Origin: Candidatus Omnitrophota bacterium
Lineage (GTDB): Bacteria > Omnitrophota > Gorgyraeia > Gorgyraeales > Gorgyraeaceae
Reading direction: 5' to 3'
DNA length: 64,000 nt
Assembly: GCA_018824145.1 (NCBI GenBank)
Contig: JAHJHC010000032.1
Location: 5,330 to 69,329, forward strand
Numbering within the stretch: position 1 is the first letter of the stretch; the number at the start of each line of letters is the position of its first letter. This document shows, one piece after another, positions 59,762 through 64,000 of the stretch. The notes beneath the pieces were generated by a model. That model was not told where the DNA came from and did no database searches. It saw nothing but the letters and a program-made list of their open reading frames with translations. The position numbers and the translations under genes were made by a program.

Positions 59762-60289
59762 TTATTCGACTATCTTTATTTCAACGGCATCAGATTGAAC
59801 TTTGTTTTTAAAGGTGTCTAAGCCGATTTCCTCGCCATAACTATTTTGATAAACTCCGGTGATCTTATACGTGCCGAGTTCCTTAAAGTCAAAATAATAC
59901 TTTATGTCCCTTGGTCTATCAGAACTTATCTCCTCTCCTGTATTTAATAATACAAGGTAACCTGTCTTAGGAAGGCCGATATCTTCGGATACTCTGGATT
60001 CTTTGAACGGCAAGTCTTCTCCTGATGGAGATGTTGCAGAAAGGTATATCTCCCGGTGCGTTTCAGGGCTAGACTTTGAATTTACATAGAATCTCTTATT
60101 TGCATATATTGGTTTCTTACCCTTATTCTCCAGTTTAAAGACTACTGGTATCGGATCAGTTTTCTTATATTCAGTTTTTTCAAATGATAGGCTTAATTCC
60201 AAAGATTCATCTTTTGCGATGACTTTGCCACATTGACATAGTGGAAGTATTATGGCTAATAAAAGTAAGATAATATAAGTGATCCGCAT
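59762..60289 (-). CDS. Exported hypothetical beta-sandwich protein
   Basis: Signal peptide; [11 protein letters not shown]...VFKLENKG...GTYKITGVY pattern. Confidence 0.7.
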   Translation of the reverse strand: MRITYIILLLLAIILPLCQCGKVIAKDESLELSLSFEKTEYKKTDPIPVVFKLENKGKKPIYANKRFYVNSKSSPETHREIYLSATSPSGEDLPFKESRVSEDIGLPKTGYLVLLNTGEEISSDRPRDIKYYFDFKELGTYKITGVYQNSYGEEIGLDTFKNKVQSDAVEIKIVE

Positions 60290-60304
60290 GTTTATACGTT
60301 ATAA

Positions 60305-60736
60305 CTATTGGCTCATAAAAGAAAACTCAAATACACGGCCATCCGTATCAATTTTCCTTAAAGTACCTCTCATAACATCGTCTTTAATTTCACCCTGCCA
60401 AAGAGCGACATTACCTTCTCCATCCCTTTGCATTGTCTCCCAGATCACTGCCTCTTCTTTTACTATGACCGTAAACCCCGTAGGAGAATAACCCGCGTTT
60501 TCTAAGTTCATCGAAGAAACCCTGCCGTCTATAAAAGTTATCGTATCGATTTCCGGATTTTGTCTTTTATCACCCGTCGAAGTCAAACTGATAATCCATT
60601 CTGTATTATTCAGCTCTTCCTTTTTAGTCTGAGCCAGTTCCCTGGCCGACATATTCTGAGCTTGAGAAACACCCTGGATGAAAATCATACTACTTATTAT
60701 TAAAAAAATTAACATTTTTTTCATAATAGACATCAT
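60305..60736 (-). CDS. Exported single WETMQ-domain protein
   Basis: Signal peptide (VSQA-Q); LNNTEW...DTITF...WETMQ...W.G...MRG.L...F.F.S. Confidence 0.75.
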   Translation of the reverse strand: MMSIMKKMLIFLIISSMIFIQGVSQAQNMSARELAQTKKEELNNTEWIISLTSTGDKRQNPEIDTITFIDGRVSSMNLENAGYSPTGFTVIVKEEAVIWETMQRDGEGNVALWQGEIKDDVMRGTLRKIDTDGRVFEFSFMSQ

Positions 60737-60743
60737 GCCTCTC

Positions 60744-61985
60744 TTATTTACGCATTATATTTTTACCTTCATATGTTTCCCAGGTAAGCAGATATTTCCT
60801 CACCCAGTCCAAGTCACTATCTCCGCTTTTAGCCAGCCTTAAATAATGCCTGAAGTGTTCTATTGCCTTTTCACGATTAATCAAATATTCCGCATAGATA
60901 TAACCCAAATTAAAATGGGCATACGCATCTTCTGGATTTATCTCCACGGCCTTTAAAAATTCAGAAATAGCCCGTTTGTATTCCTGCCTTTTAGTATAAA
61001 ACACCCCTAAATTATAGTGCATCTGGGACGTTTCTTTCAAAAGCCTTGTATTTTGCCTGGAAATCTCTGTGAATCTTTTGGGAATACGTTTCGCCTCCCG
61101 CTCCAATGCATTATTTTTCTTTACTGCATCGCTATAATTTTTCTTATATTCACTTAGATTTTCATTTATTTTTTTGACTTCTTTATCTATTTTGTCCTTA
61201 GCCTTTTCAAGATAATTAACCTCTTTCTGACTCTTTGCATAATCATTTTTGAATTTATCGATACTCTTATTTAAATCCTTGATCTCTTCTTCCTTATCAT
61301 TGCGCAGCTCCGCTAATTCCTCATCTTTATTTTTACGTAACTCGGCTATTTCTTTATTTATCCGTTCATTATCCTTCTTGAATTTATCGAGTTCTGCCTG
61401 AGTATCTTTAAGATCAGACTTCAATGTCTGGCATTCCTTTGACAAACCAGCAATTTTCTTTTCACTCTCTATTAAAGCCTTTTCACTCTCTTGTTCCAAA
61501 GTTAAAATTTTCTTCTGTAACTCTTTTACCAACGTGCCTTTTTTCGCCTTTTCGTAAGCAGTTTTAAAATGCCCGCTCTCAGACTCTAACTCTGCCACAG
61601 TATCCTTAAGCTGTTTGAGTTCTTCCTGTATTTTTTGATTCAGACTCAACATCTCTTCTTTTTCTTTTTCAAAGGCCTCTTTTTCTAACTCCAGACTCTC
61701 TATGGATTCTTCTAAATCTGCCACGCTTCTTTTCTCCTTAAGAAGGCGCTTGGCCTGAATCAATAAATTATTGCGATCCTGTTTTACTGCCTCAAATTTT
61801 TCAAGGAGTCCATTATATTCCTTCTCAAGATCACGTTTATCTAAACTAATCTCTTCATTGCCTGGCTCTGCGCCTTCTAATTGGCTTATAGAATCATGCT
61901 TGAGTACAAAGCCCGCCCCTTCATTTATCAAAAAAATAACTAATATTGAAATCACTGTCCTTAATAATAACTTATATTTACTCAT
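60744..61985 (-). CDS. Membrane-anchored/exported long coiled-coil protein with C-terminal TPR
   Basis: N-terminal hydrophobic segment, long E/K-rich heptad region, HYNLGVFY...AHFNLGYIY TPRs. Confidence 0.8.
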   Translation of the reverse strand: MSKYKLLLRTVISILVIFLINEGAGFVLKHDSISQLEGAEPGNEEISLDKRDLEKEYNGLLEKFEAVKQDRNNLLIQAKRLLKEKRSVADLEESIESLELEKEAFEKEKEEMLSLNQKIQEELKQLKDTVAELESESGHFKTAYEKAKKGTLVKELQKKILTLEQESEKALIESEKKIAGLSKECQTLKSDLKDTQAELDKFKKDNERINKEIAELRKNKDEELAELRNDKEEEIKDLNKSIDKFKNDYAKSQKEVNYLEKAKDKIDKEVKKINENLSEYKKNYSDAVKKNNALEREAKRIPKRFTEISRQNTRLLKETSQMHYNLGVFYTKRQEYKRAISEFLKAVEINPEDAYAHFNLGYIYAEYLINREKAIEHFRHYLRLAKSGDSDLDWVRKYLLTWETYEGKNIMRK

Positions 61986-62019
61986 TTTTTTTCTCCTAAT
62001 ATATTATTAATCAAATAAT

Positions 62020-63882
62020 CTAATCTCTAATATCTTTTATCCCAACAGGGGATTCATCTTCTATCTCCGCCCCCTCTTCTGTTACCTCAATCTCATCTTT
62101 TAAATCCGAAGAATACTCTTTATATGGCTTTACTTTCTCCTCAGGAGGTTCCTTAACCTCTTCAAAATCTGTTTCAGTAGTAAAAGCACTGTAGTCTTCG
62201 TAATCTTTTCCCGGCATATATCCATACTCTCTAGCATCTCCTGTAGTTAAAAAATCTCCGGTTACGATATGCGGGGTAAGCATAATTAACAATTCTGTCT
62301 TATCGGTTGATTTAGTAGTTGATCTAAATAAATTGCCCAACAATGGGATATTGCCTAAAAAAGGGACCTTCTCTGTACTCTCTGCCTCCTCTTCTCTACG
62401 CATACCTCCGATAACAATGGTCGTACCGTCTTTAACCATAACTGTAGTTTCTGTAGTGGAAGTGTCAATTATCGGTATCTGATTGCCTGATGGTGTAGTA
62501 AGAGTAGATGTGACGCTGGAAATCTCCGGCTTTATTTTCATAGTTATATATCCATCGTCATTTATAGTCGGGGTTACTGACAACTGAATCCCTACGTCTA
62601 TAAAAGTCACTTCTTCCGAGACAGTAGTAGTGGTCTGTCCTGTAGTAGTAGTGGTGGTAACATACGCCTGGCGTTCACCGACGTGGATCCTGGCCTCCTG
62701 GTTATTTATTACAGCCAACTTGGGATTAGAAAGGATCTGTGTATTGCCCAGAGTCTGCAAATATTTAACTAGAAAATCCAGGTCCCTTTTAGAATCTATC
62801 ATACCTATATGCATATTTTCGCCAACAGTAGTTTTTGAACCTCCTGCATAGCTGGTCGCAGTACCACTAAATGGGATAGAGCCTATCTCACCAGCCATAT
62901 CCCTTACAACCTCCTGTCTCGATCTCCAAGTATCAGTAGTAGCTTGTACAGCACTAAACGGATAATTCCCTAAATAAGTCATTCCATATTGCTGACCTAA
63001 ATTATGTATCCCCTCCCATTCAACACCATAATCTACTTGATCGATTAATTTAATTTTTATAATTTGGGCGTCGATCAAAACCTCTTTTGTCTTTGTGTCT
63101 AATTTTGCAATCAATTTTTCAACCTCCTGCATCCTCTCCGGCAATGCCTGGACAACAATAAGATTCGAACGTTCATCTGCCTTGACTGAACCAACCTTCT
63201 TGGCATCCAGTCGCAGTTTGAGTTGTTCTTCTATATCTTTAGCCATGGCATATTTCAGGGTAAATACCTGCACTAAATTTTCCTGTTCCATAGTCGCCAA
63301 AGCTCTTTCAATTTCTATAATATTTTCCGGTGTATCCATAATCAAAGCAGTGCCCGAGTCAGGCTCGACCAATACCCTTCCGATATCGCTCTTTAAGGTA
63401 TCGAAAAGGGAAAATGCCTGGTCAGGAATAGCATATTTGAGCCGGAAGGTCTTGACCTGGCGAATATCGGCAAAGTTCTTCCCAAAAATCGCCCTATACT
63501 CTTTTTCTGTCATTATATTATAGATATCTCCCTGTTTCATATAAGCAAGCTCGTTCGAACGTAACATTATATCAAATATATCTTTAATTAATACGTTTTC
63601 AACCGTAAGTGAAATCCTGCCAGTTACTTTTTTTGTAGTAATAATGTTCAAACCTGCTTTCAATGCCACAAACTTAAGGGCATCTATTATGTCAATATTC
63701 CTCAGGTCTAAAGAGATCTTCCCTTGCATGCCTCCGGTTATAGGTATAAGAGGTCCGTTTCCTACGGCACCAGTATCATCTAAAACCATCTGTGCTAACT
63801 GGGTAGTATCTTTCTCAACTGCAAACGAATAGTTTACTAATAAGGAAATTAAGACTGTAAATAAGCATGTCTTCTTTATCAT
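62020..63882 (-). CDS. Secretin (GspD/PilQ-family outer membrane channel)
   Basis: ISLDLRNIDI N0 domain, VKADERSNLIVV N3, EVLIDAQI, ILSNPKLAVINNQEARIHVG, DVGIQLSVTP, VKDGTTIVIGG, KVPFLGNIPLLGNLFRS, ELLIMLTPHIV. Confidence 0.93.
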   Translation of the reverse strand: MIKKTCLFTVLISLLVNYSFAVEKDTTQLAQMVLDDTGAVGNGPLIPITGGMQGKISLDLRNIDIIDALKFVALKAGLNIITTKKVTGRISLTVENVLIKDIFDIMLRSNELAYMKQGDIYNIMTEKEYRAIFGKNFADIRQVKTFRLKYAIPDQAFSLFDTLKSDIGRVLVEPDSGTALIMDTPENIIEIERALATMEQENLVQVFTLKYAMAKDIEEQLKLRLDAKKVGSVKADERSNLIVVQALPERMQEVEKLIAKLDTKTKEVLIDAQIIKIKLIDQVDYGVEWEGIHNLGQQYGMTYLGNYPFSAVQATTDTWRSRQEVVRDMAGEIGSIPFSGTATSYAGGSKTTVGENMHIGMIDSKRDLDFLVKYLQTLGNTQILSNPKLAVINNQEARIHVGERQAYVTTTTTTGQTTTTVSEEVTFIDVGIQLSVTPTINDDGYITMKIKPEISSVTSTLTTPSGNQIPIIDTSTTETTVMVKDGTTIVIGGMRREEEAESTEKVPFLGNIPLLGNLFRSTTKSTDKTELLIMLTPHIVTGDFLTTGDAREYGYMPGKDYEDYSAFTTETDFEEVKEPPEEKVKPYKEYSSDLKDEIEVTEEGAEIEDESPVGIKDIRD

Positions 63883-64000
63883 TTCAACTCCATCTCTTCT
63901 CCGGCGTAACCTAAAATAACCTTATCTTTAAAAATAGCCTGGACCTTTATGTCGCCAATCATCTGACCTCTTTTCACGAAAAAAGTCCTCATTGCCTTTG
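63879..64000 (-). CDS. 3' end of a GspC/PilP-like protein (5' truncated by window)
   Basis: Hand translation ...KAMRTFFVKRGQMIGDIKVQAIFKDKVILGYAGEEMELK*, with TGA overlapping the secretin ATG; resembles the HR-domain beta strands of GspC/PilP. Confidence 0.55.
   Translation of the reverse strand, partial: KAMRTFFVKRGQMIGDIKVQAIFKDKVILGYAGEEMELK

Noticed and set aside
1336-63832. Numerous plus-strand and nested short ORFs in the track
   Set aside because: Shadow frames of long minus-strand genes with no recognisable motifs; repeated ones simply mirror the giant-gene repeats.
1-64000. CRISPR array, tRNA, rRNA, prophage or DGR
   Set aside because: No regularly spaced repeats with unique spacers, no structural RNA gene recognised, no phage genes or reverse transcriptase; repeats are intragenic domain duplications.

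Overview
A 64 kb bacterial region with every credible gene on the minus strand and many overlapping stop/start junctions. It looks like one cell-surface/secretion locus. The gene content resembles what I recall for Candidatus Omnitrophota (inference, not verified). In transcription order (right to left): a GspC/PilP-like 3' fragment, a secretin, several exported proteins, a SurA-like/cyclophilin foldase, a GT9, a flippase-like protein, five TMTC-like GT-C/TPR glycosyltransferases and two B12-radical SAM enzymes. Next come a sigma70-like promoter, a c-di-GMP-I riboswitch and terminator, then a RAYT/Y1-transposase-derived membrane protein lacking the catalytic Tyr, and a 10,669-aa Ig-repeat giant surface protein. 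Last is an atypical F-type ATPase set (epsilon, c, b-delta, alpha, gamma, beta) running directly into a stand-alone MshEN protein and a GspE/PilB ATPase. The strongest novelty candidates are (i) an F1-type motor with intact catalytic motifs, no subunit a and a c-subunit whose ion-binding Glu is Gln, embedded in a T2SS/T4P-like locus, and (ii) an apparently domesticated HUH transposase turned bitopic membrane protein under c-di-GMP control. All family calls come from motif recognition by eye; no searches were run.
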